Below are positions 21,670 to 31,356 of a DNA stretch of 64,000 nt, in pieces. The notes below the pieces were generated by a model. It had not been told where the DNA came from and made no database searches. It was given only the letters and a program-made list of their open reading frames with translations. A program made the position numbers and the translations under genes. The number at the start of each line of letters is the position of its first letter. The first letter of the stretch is position 1. Source of the DNA: an uncultured Gemmatimonadales bacterium (GTDB lineage: Bacteria > Gemmatimonadota > Gemmatimonadetes > Gemmatimonadales > Gemmatimonadaceae); contig CAWKNZ010000002.1 in the NCBI GenBank assembly GCA_963851265.1, positions 864,001 to 928,000 on the forward strand, in the 5' to 3' direction.

Positions 21670-23517
21670 TCAGGACCCGCCCGGTCGCGGCGGCGGTGCC
21701 GCGACCGTCCCCTCGAGCGCGTCGACGGTCGCGGCGAGGTAGGCGAACGGGGCGTTCCAGTTGATCGCGATCTCGTTGGCGGCGTAGGCGCACGTGCTGT
21801 CGACGTACGAGAGCGCGGGGACGCGCGACGGGTAGCCGGGGCAGTGGTCCTGCTGCCCCGGGTTGGGGCCGCCGACGAGCAGCCCGGGGATCGGTTCGGC
21901 GATGCCGTCCGCCGCGGAGGGGCGGTGGTGCGGGAACCGCGGCGGGCGCACGCCGACGCCGGTCACGAACGAGTAGCCGGTCGCGTTCCGCCCGAGGATG
22001 TAGTCGAGATTCGCGACCGCCGCGTCGAGCAGCGCGCGGTCGCGCGTGAGGCGGTAGGCCTGGATCAGCAGCATGCCCTGGTTGGCCGCGACCGCGTTAC
22101 TCCCCCAGATGAAGTCCCGCGGGTCGTCGATCGCGACGCCGTACGCCGACGCGCCGGCGCGCGCGGCCAACGCGCGCGCCGGCGTGAGGACGCGCGCGGC
22201 CAGCGCCGCCGTGTCGAACGCCGCCGGCAGCTCGGCGCGGTGGTCCAACAGCGAGTAGACGCCTAACATCGCGACCGAGCCCCAGCTCGGCACGCCGGGC
22301 GTCGGCGCGGCGAGCGGCGCGGCGGCGACGAGGAAGCTGTCGGCGTGTGTCGCGACGTACAGCTCCGACGCCGCCCAGCGGACCTCGTCGCGCACGTCGC
22401 CGTCGCCATACGTCCCCGTGGTCACCCGCGGCGCGAACTGCGCGTTCATCCGGTCCTGGTCGTAGATCGCGTCCGGGTGGCGACGCGCCCACGTCCACGC
22501 CGCGAGCGCCTCGCGCACGAGCGAGTCGGCGAGGCCGGACGGGGCCGCGTGGTACCGCCGCAGCACGACGGCCGCGTGCGCCGCGGTCGCCGAAAAGTCG
22601 AGCGCCGCGGCGGTGCTCTTCTGCACGACGTAGCGCGGCGTGGTCGCCGCGGCGGGCATCACGAACGGGTCGAATACCGCGTTCGTCAGCTTGTGGTACA
22701 CGCCGCCGTCGGCCGGGTCCTGCATCGTGCGCATCCAGCCCAGGTTCCAGAGCGCCTCGTTCAGCACGTCGGGCAGACCGTTCCCGCTTTCCGGGATGTG
22801 CGTGTCGAGCGCGGCCGCGTACGCCGGGACGTGGTCGGCGAGCGCGAAGAGCGTGTAGGTGCTGATTCCGGAGTTGACGACGTACTTGTTGTAGTCGCCC
22901 GCGTCATACCAGCCGCGCGGCGACGAGACGTGCGCGCCGACGGCCCGCGTCGGCCCCGCGGCCGACGGGTGTACGAGCACGGCCGTGTCGGGGTGGCCAG
23001 CGGCGCGCGCCCAACGCCCCGCATAGCGCGCCGGCAGGTCGGTCGAGGCGCGCTGGTAGTAGAACGCCTTCACCGCGGCACGCGCGACCTCGCGCGCCGC
23101 GCCCGGCTGCACCACGAACGGCGCCGACGACCCCACGCCCGCGACCGTCAGCACGTAGCGCCCCGGCCGCACGAGCGCGCCGAACTCGGCGCGGCGCACG
23201 ACCTCTCCCGACGGGACCCACGCGCGCGGCGGCGTGAGCGTGCCCGCGAACGCGGTATCGCCCCGTGCCGCGTCGACGACCGCGAATCCCCGTGCCGCGT
23301 CACCGGCGACGACCACCGCGGTCTTCGGTTCGCGGACGTCGAATCCGACCTGATTGAGACGGATGCGAGGCGACGGCACGGCGCCGGGCGACGAGCCGCC
23401 GGCCGGAGCCGTGCCGGCAGGCTGCTGAGCATGCGCCCGACCGCCGAGCGCCGCGAGCGTGAGAACGATGCGAAGCGCGCGTGTCGCGCCCGGCGCAGGA
23501 ACGGCGTGGACACTCAT
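21670..23517 (-). CDS. Glycoside hydrolase family 9 (endoglucanase) with N-terminal Ig-like domain
   Basis: IRLNQVGF; GWYDAGDYNKY; LDYILGRN; PHHRPS; YAANEIAINWNA; signal peptide. Confidence 0.93.
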   Translation of the reverse strand: MSVHAVPAPGATRALRIVLTLAALGGRAHAQQPAGTAPAGGSSPGAVPSPRIRLNQVGFDVREPKTAVVVAGDAARGFAVVDAARGDTAFAGTLTPPRAWVPSGEVVRRAEFGALVRPGRYVLTVAGVGSSAPFVVQPGAAREVARAAVKAFYYQRASTDLPARYAGRWARAAGHPDTAVLVHPSAAGPTRAVGAHVSSPRGWYDAGDYNKYVVNSGISTYTLFALADHVPAYAAALDTHIPESGNGLPDVLNEALWNLGWMRTMQDPADGGVYHKLTNAVFDPFVMPAAATTPRYVVQKSTAAALDFSATAAHAAVVLRRYHAAPSGLADSLVREALAAWTWARRHPDAIYDQDRMNAQFAPRVTTGTYGDGDVRDEVRWAASELYVATHADSFLVAAAPLAAPTPGVPSWGSVAMLGVYSLLDHRAELPAAFDTAALAARVLTPARALAARAGASAYGVAIDDPRDFIWGSNAVAANQGMLLIQAYRLTRDRALLDAAVANLDYILGRNATGYSFVTGVGVRPPRFPHHRPSAADGIAEPIPGLLVGGPNPGQQDHCPGYPSRVPALSYVDSTCAYAANEIAINWNAPFAYLAATVDALEGTVAAPPPRPGGS

Positions 23518-23528
23518 GGTGGCCTAAC

Positions 23529-25733
23529 TCAGGGTCGGAGCCGTACGACGGTGACGGAGTAACCGGGAAGCAGGAGGGAGTCGGCGGCCACGCGTCGCGC
23601 AGTCGGGTAGCCGCGCCACACGGGCCGCCCGGCGCGGCCGCGGCCGCGCCACGCGTACTCGGCGGCCGACAGCTGCCACACGTCCCACCGGCCGAGGGCG
23701 GCCCGTGGGATGGCTGCCGCGATCCCGCCCGCCAGATCGGTGGCGTTGGGCACGTGCAGGTGCGGGCGCACGGTCGTGAGCGAGTCCTTGTTCACGAGCA
23801 GCACGGCCCACGTGCCTCCGGGCTGCCGCAGCGGGTACGCGCTCACGACGGCGTCGCCCGCCGAATCGCGCCAGTTGGTGTTGGCGCGGAACAGCGTGTG
23901 CGCGCCGCCGGCCGGGTCGGTCCACGCCTGCGTGAGCAGTCGCGTCGCCCAGTACGCGGCCGTGGTGTCGCGGACCACGGCGGCCCCGTCGCCCAGAAAC
24001 AGCGCGTTGTTGCCCCAGAGCGGGCACTCGGGTTCGCGCTGCAGCTCGGTCGGCTCGTAGCCGTACAGGTACGCCTCGTCCCCACCCGCGGTGAGGAATG
24101 CGCCCACGAAGTCCGCGACGAACAGCGCACCGGCGAGTTGCACTTCGGCGGGTGACGCGAACGCCGAATAGCCGAACTCGGTCGCGATCCAGGGCACGTC
24201 GTGCGCGAGTCCGCCGCGGGCGAACCGCTCGACCGTGCTGGTCAGCATCGCCGGTTGCTGGCGCAGGTACGGGCCCGTCGGCGCGCATACCGAATCGAAC
24301 GGGTACCACTCGAACGAGAAGAACCCGAAGTCGCGCGCCCGCCCGCGGGCGACCAGATACTCGCGCATCGCCGTGATCCACGGTCGCGAGGTGGGCTCGG
24401 CGGGCACGAGATGGAAGTCCACGAGCACGGTCTGCAGCGACGGACCGCCGGTGACGAGTGCCGGATCGGCCGCGTGCAGCGCGTCGGCGACCTGCACCGC
24501 CAGCGCGCCATAGTCTGCAGCGGGGGCGTCCTGCCCGTCCGGCTCCTCGCCGAGTTCGGCCCGGGCGGCGCGCAGGCCGCGGGCGCGCAGGTACCGCACG
24601 AGCGCGGCACCGTTTTCGGGCGTGTCGTAGAGTACCCCCACCGAGAGCATCGGCGGTCCCGCCGCGGCGAGTCCGCTCGTGAACGCCCGTTCCACGCTCG
24701 GCTGCGCGAGTTCGGGGTCGCGGTCGGTGGCGCGGTGCCACGGGTCGGTCGACGACGCCCACGTCGCGCTCTGCGCGTGCGACGGCGCGTGGCGCACGGC
24801 GTCGACGAAGTTTCCGCCAGCGCCGATCGTCCCCACGCCGATCTCGCGGATCGCGTAGCCGAGCGAGTCGCGCGGGTCGACGGCGTTGGCCGGCGCCGTG
24901 TGCGAGCTCTCGGTCATCGTGACGCGGATCCAGCGAGCCGGGCGCGCGCCGGGCTCCACGCGCGTCAGCGCGATGCCGCCGCGCCCGTCCGTCACGGCGC
25001 CGCCCGAGAACGCGCGCCAGTGGCCGACCGGAGACGGCCCCTCGAGCGATTCTGCGTTGTTGCCGTCCCAGTACTCGACCGTGTACCGCGCGGCCCACGG
25101 CGCGCCCCACGCGATGCGAACGGCGTTCACAGGGTGCGCGGCGCCGAGGTCGACCACCACACGCTGCGGGTGGAGCGCGTCTGGCTCGCCCGTGTAGCGC
25201 GCGCTCAGGTACGGGTTGCTCTTCCAGAACGTCGCGGCGTCGCCGTCGGTCAGGCGCGAGTAGCCGTCGTTGTCGCCCTGGTCGATGGTCGTGCCGCGGC
25301 GCGGCAACCGGTACCCGTAGCCGAGTGGCAACGGTGCGCCGTCGGGCGCCGGCCGGTCGTCGCCGAGCCAGTAGCCGCGCGAGTTGGCCGCGTCGCTCCA
25401 CCGCCCGCGATTCGTCCAATGCCAGGCCTCGATGCCGAGCTCGGTGCGCAGCCGGTAGGAAAGGCGCGGCAGCCCGGCCGATCGCATCGCGGCCACGTTG
25501 CGCGGGTCGAACGTGGCCCGGGCGTCCTCGGCCGGGCGCCCGTCGATTCCCGCACCGAACACGTCACGCGGCACGAAGCGGCGCACGGGGTGGACGGTGT
25601 CGATCGTGACCTGTACGTCGCGAACGTGGGCGGCGGGAGGTTGCGCGACTGCCGCACGGCTCGCGACCGCGGCGGCGAGCCCGGCGCGGAGCGCGCGGAC
25701 CGCGCGCGGCCATCGAATGGTCGAATCTGGCAT
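23529..25733 (-). CDS. Secreted discoidin (F5/8 type C)-domain protein, probable clan GH-A glycoside hydrolase
   Basis: LTDGDAATFWKS...VVVDLG...YTVEYW...ARWIRVTM discoidin domain; ELGEEPDG and IATEFG resemble GH-A catalytic motifs. Confidence 0.7.
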   Translation of the reverse strand: MPDSTIRWPRAVRALRAGLAAAVASRAAVAQPPAAHVRDVQVTIDTVHPVRRFVPRDVFGAGIDGRPAEDARATFDPRNVAAMRSAGLPRLSYRLRTELGIEAWHWTNRGRWSDAANSRGYWLGDDRPAPDGAPLPLGYGYRLPRRGTTIDQGDNDGYSRLTDGDAATFWKSNPYLSARYTGEPDALHPQRVVVDLGAAHPVNAVRIAWGAPWAARYTVEYWDGNNAESLEGPSPVGHWRAFSGGAVTDGRGGIALTRVEPGARPARWIRVTMTESSHTAPANAVDPRDSLGYAIREIGVGTIGAGGNFVDAVRHAPSHAQSATWASSTDPWHRATDRDPELAQPSVERAFTSGLAAAGPPMLSVGVLYDTPENGAALVRYLRARGLRAARAELGEEPDGQDAPAADYGALAVQVADALHAADPALVTGGPSLQTVLVDFHLVPAEPTSRPWITAMREYLVARGRARDFGFFSFEWYPFDSVCAPTGPYLRQQPAMLTSTVERFARGGLAHDVPWIATEFGYSAFASPAEVQLAGALFVADFVGAFLTAGGDEAYLYGYEPTELQREPECPLWGNNALFLGDGAAVVRDTTAAYWATRLLTQAWTDPAGGAHTLFRANTNWRDSAGDAVVSAYPLRQPGGTWAVLLVNKDSLTTVRPHLHVPNATDLAGGIAAAIPRAALGRWDVWQLSAAEYAWRGRGRAGRPVWRGYPTARRVAADSLLLPGYSVTVVRLRP

Positions 25734-25938
25734 CTCGTCCGGCCATGTTGCGCGAGCACCCGAGCCGTCGCAAGGGGGCCCGTGGTGGCGCCTGGCGCGC
25801 CCGTCAACGACCGTCGTTCGGCGAGCGTACCCGTGCTGGCCGCGCGATCCTTCCGCGGCCGTTTCGTGTAGAGCTGTGCACACGTGACGCGCCTCCGCTT
25901 CATCGCCGGGGCGCCGGTTCGCACTCCCGCCTCTTCTC

Positions 25939-27999
25939 ATGCCCTCCACCCGTTCCGTTCGTCACGCCGCGTCGGCACTTGCCGCGGTCGCGCTGTCGGT
26001 CGCCGGCGCCGCCCTGGGCGCTCGCGCCGCCCGCGCCCAAGCGCCCGGTCACGCGCTCGGCGTCGACACGACCAACTTCGACCGCTCGGTCCGCCCGCAG
26101 GACGATTTCTTCCGGTTCGTCAACGGCGGCTGGCTCAAGCGCACCGAGATCCCGGCCGACCGTTCCAGCTGGGGCGCGTTCCTCGAGTTGCGGGAGCGGA
26201 GTGCCGTCGCGCTGCACGGCATCCTCGACAACGCGGCCCGCACGCCGGCCGCGCCCGGCACCAACGAGCGCAAGATCGGCGACTTCTACGCGAGTTACAT
26301 GGACTCGGCCCGCGTCGAATCGCTCGGCCTGACGCCGCTCCAGCCGGAGTTCCGCGCGATCGCGGCGGTCACCACGGCGGCGCAGCTGCCCGCCGCGTTC
26401 GCCCACTTCGCCCGACTCGGCGTGGCCGGTCCGGCCGGCGTCTTCGTCGGCCAGGACGCGCGTAAATCGGACGCCTACATCGTCTCGATCTCGCAGTCCG
26501 GCCTCGGCCTTCCCGACCGCGACTACTACCTGCGCGCCGACCCCAAGCTCGTCGCGGCGCGTACCGCGTACGGCGCGTACATCACGCGCCTCCTCACGCT
26601 CGCCAAGCAGCCCGACGCGGAGGGTGCGGCGGCGCGCATCGTCGCGCTCGAGACTGCGATCGCCGGCCGCCAGTGGGACCGCGCGCGCAACCGCGACCGC
26701 AACGCCACGTACAACCGGATGACGGTCGCGCAGCTCGCCGAACTCGTGCCGTCGTACGGCTGGCGTCAGTACTTCGCGGCCGCCGGGCTCGACGCGGCCA
26801 CCGAGGTCGTGGTCCGGCAGCCCGACTACCTCCGCGCGCTCGACCCGATCCTCTCGAGCACCCCCGCGTCGACGTGGCGCGAGTACCTCACCTTCAAGCT
26901 GCTCGACAGCTACGCCGACGAGCTGCCGGCCGCGTTCCAGCAGGCCCGCTTCGAGTTCCGCGGGCGCACGCTCAGCGGCCAGCAGGCGATGGGGCCGCGC
27001 TGGAAGCGCGCGGTGCAGGAGGTCGAGGGCGCGATGGGCGACGCCGTCGGGCAACTCTACGTGCGCCAGTACTTCGCGGCGACCGCGAAGGCGCGCATGG
27101 ACTCGCTCGTGCACAACCTGCGCGAGGCCTACCGGGTCGGCATCGACAGCCTGCCGTGGATGAGCCCCGCGACCAAGGCGGAGGCGCAGCAGAAGCTCGC
27201 GCACTTCACGGTCAAGATCGCCTACCCCGACCGGTGGCGCGAGTACGCCGCGCTCGAGGTCCGGCGCGACGACCTGTTAGGCAACGCGATGCGCGCGAAC
27301 GCGTTCGAGTACGCCGACAACACCGGCCACCTCGGCAAGCCGGTCGAGCGCTGGCGCTGGGGCATGACGCCGCAGACGGTCAACGCGTACTACAACTCGA
27401 CCAACAACGAGATCGTCTTCCCGGCCGCGATCCTCCAGCCGCCCTTCTTCAACGTCGACGCCGACGACGCGGTCAACTACGGCGCCATCGGCGCGGTGAT
27501 CGGCCACGAGATCGGTCACGGCTTCGACGACCAGGGGCGGAAGAGCGACGGCGCGGGCAACCTGCGCGACTGGTGGACCCCCGCCGACGCGCAGGCCTAC
27601 GAGGCCCGCACGGCGAAGCTCGCGGCCCAGTACGAGGCGATCACGCCGATCGACAGCATCCACATCAACGGCCGCCTCACGCTCGGCGAGAACATCGGCG
27701 ACGTCAGCGGCCTCGCGGCGGCGTACCGCGCCTACCACGTGTCGCTGCACGGCCGGCCGGCTCCCGTCATCGGCGGCTACACGGGCGACCAGCGCTTCTT
27801 CCTCGGCTTCGCGCAGATCTGGCGCACCAAGTTCCGCGACGACGCGCTCCGCCAGCAGCTGCTCACCGACCCGCACTCGCCTGGGCAGGTGCGCGCGCTG
27901 GTCCCGCTCGTCAACAACGACGCCTTCGAGACGGCGTTCAACGTGAAGCCCGGCGACAAGATGTACCGCGCGCCCGAGGACCGCGTGAAGATCTGGTAA
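25939..27999 (+). CDS. M13 family metallopeptidase (neprilysin/PepO-like)
   Basis: PQDDFFRFVNGGW; VNAYY; HEIGHGFD; GENIGD; signal peptide. Confidence 0.95.
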   Translation: MPSTRSVRHAASALAAVALSVAGAALGARAARAQAPGHALGVDTTNFDRSVRPQDDFFRFVNGGWLKRTEIPADRSSWGAFLELRERSAVALHGILDNAARTPAAPGTNERKIGDFYASYMDSARVESLGLTPLQPEFRAIAAVTTAAQLPAAFAHFARLGVAGPAGVFVGQDARKSDAYIVSISQSGLGLPDRDYYLRADPKLVAARTAYGAYITRLLTLAKQPDAEGAAARIVALETAIAGRQWDRARNRDRNATYNRMTVAQLAELVPSYGWRQYFAAAGLDAATEVVVRQPDYLRALDPILSSTPASTWREYLTFKLLDSYADELPAAFQQARFEFRGRTLSGQQAMGPRWKRAVQEVEGAMGDAVGQLYVRQYFAATAKARMDSLVHNLREAYRVGIDSLPWMSPATKAEAQQKLAHFTVKIAYPDRWREYAALEVRRDDLLGNAMRANAFEYADNTGHLGKPVERWRWGMTPQTVNAYYNSTNNEIVFPAAILQPPFFNVDADDAVNYGAIGAVIGHEIGHGFDDQGRKSDGAGNLRDWWTPADAQAYEARTAKLAAQYEAITPIDSIHINGRLTLGENIGDVSGLAAAYRAYHVSLHGRPAPVIGGYTGDQRFFLGFAQIWRTKFRDDALRQQLLTDPHSPGQVRALVPLVNNDAFETAFNVKPGDKMYRAPEDRVKIW

Positions 28000-28002
28000 G
28001 GC

Positions 28003-28039
28003 GAGGGCGGCGCGCCGGCTCACCCGGCGCGCCGCCCTC
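28003..28039. terminator. Bidirectional hairpin between the convergent M13 and dnaE2 genes
   Basis: GAGGGCGGCGCGCCGG-CTCAC-CCGGCGCGCCGCCCTC. Confidence 0.6.
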
Positions 28040-31000
28040 AACGAAAGTCGTGCGATCGGAACGTCAGCCCCGCGCCGTCGCCCGACGCCGCGTTGCCGCC
28101 GTTCGCGGCCACCACCGCCTCGAGTGGCTCCACCGCCCGGGCCACCACGTTCACGAGCGCCCCGTCCTTCTCCGCGCGTCCGTACACCACGGCGAACAGC
28201 GCCCGGTGCACCGCCTCGCGGCTCTTCTCGGCGAGCTGCTGGTTGACGATCACGTTCACCGTCCCGTGCTCGTCCTCCAGCAGCAGGAACACCGTGCCCT
28301 TCGCCGTCGACGGCTTCTGCCGCACGATCACGAGCCCCGCCACCACCACCTGCGTTCCCGTGCGGCACCGCGCCACCCCGGCGCTGTGCAGCGCCCCCAC
28401 CCGATCGCACCATGCGCGGTACCGCGCCATCGGGTGTCCGTCCACCGACAGCCCCACCGCGCGGTAGTCCGCCACCACCGCCGCGTGCTGGTCTAACGCG
28501 TCCGGCGCGTGCCCGTCGTCCGCGTCGCCCGCCCCGGCGTCGCGCGCCGGCGCCAGCGGCAGCGTGTCGCCCACCACGCGCAGCGCCGCCCACCCCGCCC
28601 GCCGCCGGTCGGGCTCCCACACCGCGAACGCGTGCGCCCGCGCCAGCGCCGTCGCCTCGGCCCGCACGAGCCCCGCCCGCCGCACCACGTCGGCCACCGA
28701 GCGGAACGGCCCCCCCGCGCGCGCCGCCGTCAGCCGCGCCAGCGCGCCGTCGCCGAGCCCGCGCACGTGCCGCCACCCCACGCGCAGGGCCGGCGCGTCG
28801 GGCGCGTCGTCGCGCTCCTCCACGGTGCACTCCGCCGCCCCGAACGCGAGGCACGGCAGCCGCACCTCCAGCCCGTGCCGCCGCGCGTCGTGCACGAGCG
28901 TGCTCACCGAGTAGAAGCCCATCGGCTGCGCGTTCAGCAGCCCCGCGTAGAACGCCGCCGGGTGGTGCCGCTTGAGCCAGCACGTCGCGTACGCGATGAG
29001 CGCGAAGCTCCACGCGTGGCTCTCCGGAAACCCGTAGTTGCCGAACGAGCGCAGGTCGTCGGTCAGCTGCACCGCGGCCGCCTCGGGGATGCCGTGCGCG
29101 ACCATCCGCGCGCGCAGCGTCTCGAGCGCGGCCACGAGCCGCGCGAGCTTCCGCTGGTTCCCCATCGTGCGCCGCAGCTCGTCGGCGTCGGCCGGCGCGT
29201 AGCCGGCGAGCGCGATCGACAGCGCCATCGCCTGCTCCTGGAAGATGGGCAGCCCCTGCGTCCGCCCCAGGATCGGCTCCAGCCGCTCGCGCAGCCCGTC
29301 CGCGTACGCGACCTGCGCGCGCCCGCGCCGCCGCTCCACGTACGGCCGCACGAACTTCGCGACGATCGGCCCCGGCCGGATGAGCGCCACCTGCACGACG
29401 AGGTCGTAGAGCTTCTCGGGCCGCGTGTGCACGAGCGACGAGATCTGCGCGCGGCTCTCCACCTGGAACGTGCCGAACGTGTCCCCCGCCGCGATCATCC
29501 GGTACGTCGCGGGGTCGTCCGGCGGCAGCCGGTACATCTGCGGGCGCTCGCCGCTCCGCGCCTCGATCACGTCGAACGCGCGCCGCACCATCGAGAGCGC
29601 GCCGAGTCCGAGGAAGTCGAACTTCGGCACGCCGAGCGCGTCGAGGTCGTCCTTGTCGTACTGCAGGATCGTGCGCCCCATCGTCGTCGGCTCGACCGGG
29701 GCGGTCGCACCCAGCGGGTCGGCGGAGAGGACGAATCCGCCCGGGTGCGTGGAGCGCATCCGCGGCACCCCCTCGAACGCGGCCACCGCCCGCAGCAGCG
29801 CGTCGCCGCGCGGCGTCGCCGGGTCGAACCCCGCCGCGCTCAGTCCGTACTCGGCCGCGAGCCCGCCGCGCAACGCCTCGACCCCGGCCTCGGGGTCGGT
29901 ATGGTGCAGCCGCTTGGAGAGCGCGAACGCCACCGCCGGCGCCACCCCGTACGCCCGGCAGACGTCCTGCACCGCCGTGGGCGCGCTGTACGTCTGCACG
30001 ATGCACGCGATCGCCCCGTGGGACCGCCCGTAGCGCGCGTACACGTAGTCGAGCAGCTCCTCGCGCCGGTCGTGCTCCACGTCCACGTCGATGTCCGGCG
30101 CCTCGGTCATCCCGTCCGCCCGCGCCGCCGACAGGAAGCGCTCGAACAGCAGCCCGTGCGCCACCGGGTCGACCGCCGTGATGCCGAGCACGTAAGCGAC
30201 CGCCGAGTTGGCCGCCGACCCGCGCCCCTGGCAGAGGATGCCCCGCGCCCGCGCCTCGCGCACCGCGTCCCACATGACGAGGAAGAACCCCGAGAAGCCT
30301 AACGTGCCGATCACCCGCAGCTCGTGGTCGAGCTGCTGCCGCTGCGCCTCCGAGAGTGTTGCGCCCCACCGCTCGTGCGCGCCGTCGAGCACGCGCGCGC
30401 GCAGGAACGCGTCGGCGTCGTCCGCCCCGCCGGGCAGCGGAAAGCGCGGCATCGGCGGCCGCGCCCACGGCAGCTGGAAGTCGCACGCGGCCGCGACCGC
30501 GGCCGTCGCCTCGACCCCCGCCTCCCGCCCCGCCCACCGCCCCGCCACGGCCTCCGGGCTCGGCAGCCCCCACAGCTCGTTGGGCAGCAGCAGCCCGCGC
30601 GCGGCCGCGTCGTCGAGCGTCGTCCCGTGCCGCAGCGCGACGAGCACGTCGAAGGCGCGCCGCCCGGCCTCGCCCACGTAGCGCGAGTCGTTCGCGACGA
30701 CCCACTGCACCCCCTCGCGCTCCGCGAGCGCGGCGAGCGCGCCGGCGAGCGTCTCCTCTCGTCGCCCCGCGTGGTGCAGCTGCACCTCGACCGCCAGATG
30801 CGCCCCACCTCCCGCGCCCGCGAACGCCTCGCGCCACTCGGCGAGCAGCCGTGCGGCCTCCGCCCGCCGCCCACGCCGCAACAGCGCCCCCAGGTGCCCG
30901 CGCGTGGGCCCGGTGAGCAGCGTGAGCCCCGCCGCCCGCTCCGCCACCTCGCGCCAGCGCACCTGCGGATGCCCGCGCGGCGGCGCCTTCGCGGCGCGCC

Positions 31001-31325
31001 CGGCGTCGTCCCGCGACCATTCCGCCAGCCGCCCCGCGCGCGCCCGGGTGACGAGCGCGGCCAGGTGCCGGTACCCCTCCGCCGTGCGTGCGAGCAGGGC
31101 CAGCGGCCGCCCGTCGACCATCAGCTCCACCCCGACCACCGGCCGGACCTCGTGCCGCCGGCAGGCGAGCGCGAATCGCACCGCGCCCCCGAGGTCGCTC
31201 GCGTCCGTGAGGCCGAGGCTCGTGTATCCCAGCTCGGCCGCGCGCGCGGCGAGCTGCTCGGGCGTCGCCGAACTCGTCCCGAACGAGAACGCGCTGTGCG
31301 CGCGCAACTCCACGAAGCGCTCCAC
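28038..31325 (-). CDS. dnaE2: Error-prone DNA polymerase DnaE2 (ImuC)
   Basis: PHP domain; GRGSAANSAV; PDIDVD; STHPGGFVLS; YGFPESHA; LLNAQPMGFY; C-terminal SHDFR motif. Confidence 0.95.
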   Translation of the reverse strand: MERFVELRAHSAFSFGTSSATPEQLAARAAELGYTSLGLTDASDLGGAVRFALACRRHEVRPVVGVELMVDGRPLALLARTAEGYRHLAALVTRARAGRLAEWSRDDAGRAAKAPPRGHPQVRWREVAERAAGLTLLTGPTRGHLGALLRRGRRAEAARLLAEWREAFAGAGGGAHLAVEVQLHHAGRREETLAGALAALAEREGVQWVVANDSRYVGEAGRRAFDVLVALRHGTTLDDAAARGLLLPNELWGLPSPEAVAGRWAGREAGVEATAAVAAACDFQLPWARPPMPRFPLPGGADDADAFLRARVLDGAHERWGATLSEAQRQQLDHELRVIGTLGFSGFFLVMWDAVREARARGILCQGRGSAANSAVAYVLGITAVDPVAHGLLFERFLSAARADGMTEAPDIDVDVEHDRREELLDYVYARYGRSHGAIACIVQTYSAPTAVQDVCRAYGVAPAVAFALSKRLHHTDPEAGVEALRGGLAAEYGLSAAGFDPATPRGDALLRAVAAFEGVPRMRSTHPGGFVLSADPLGATAPVEPTTMGRTILQYDKDDLDALGVPKFDFLGLGALSMVRRAFDVIEARSGERPQMYRLPPDDPATYRMIAAGDTFGTFQVESRAQISSLVHTRPEKLYDLVVQVALIRPGPIVAKFVRPYVERRRGRAQVAYADGLRERLEPILGRTQGLPIFQEQAMALSIALAGYAPADADELRRTMGNQRKLARLVAALETLRARMVAHGIPEAAAVQLTDDLRSFGNYGFPESHAWSFALIAYATCWLKRHHPAAFYAGLLNAQPMGFYSVSTLVHDARRHGLEVRLPCLAFGAAECTVEERDDAPDAPALRVGWRHVRGLGDGALARLTAARAGGPFRSVADVVRRAGLVRAEATALARAHAFAVWEPDRRRAGWAALRVVGDTLPLAPARDAGAGDADDGHAPDALDQHAAVVADYRAVGLSVDGHPMARYRAWCDRVGALHSAGVARCRTGTQVVVAGLVIVRQKPSTAKGTVFLLLEDEHGTVNVIVNQQLAEKSREAVHRALFAVVYGRAEKDGALVNVVARAVEPLEAVVAANGGNAASGDGAGLTFRSHDFR

Positions 31326-31356
31326 CCGGGCGCTCGTCAGGCCGGGGGCGCCGCGC

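Noticed and set aside
27277..31020. 1247-aa alternative-frame ORF over dnaE2 and M13, and similar long Arg/Ala/Gly-rich ORFs elsewhere
   Set aside because: Expected from stop-codon scarcity at high GC; low complexity, no motifs, overlap well-supported genes
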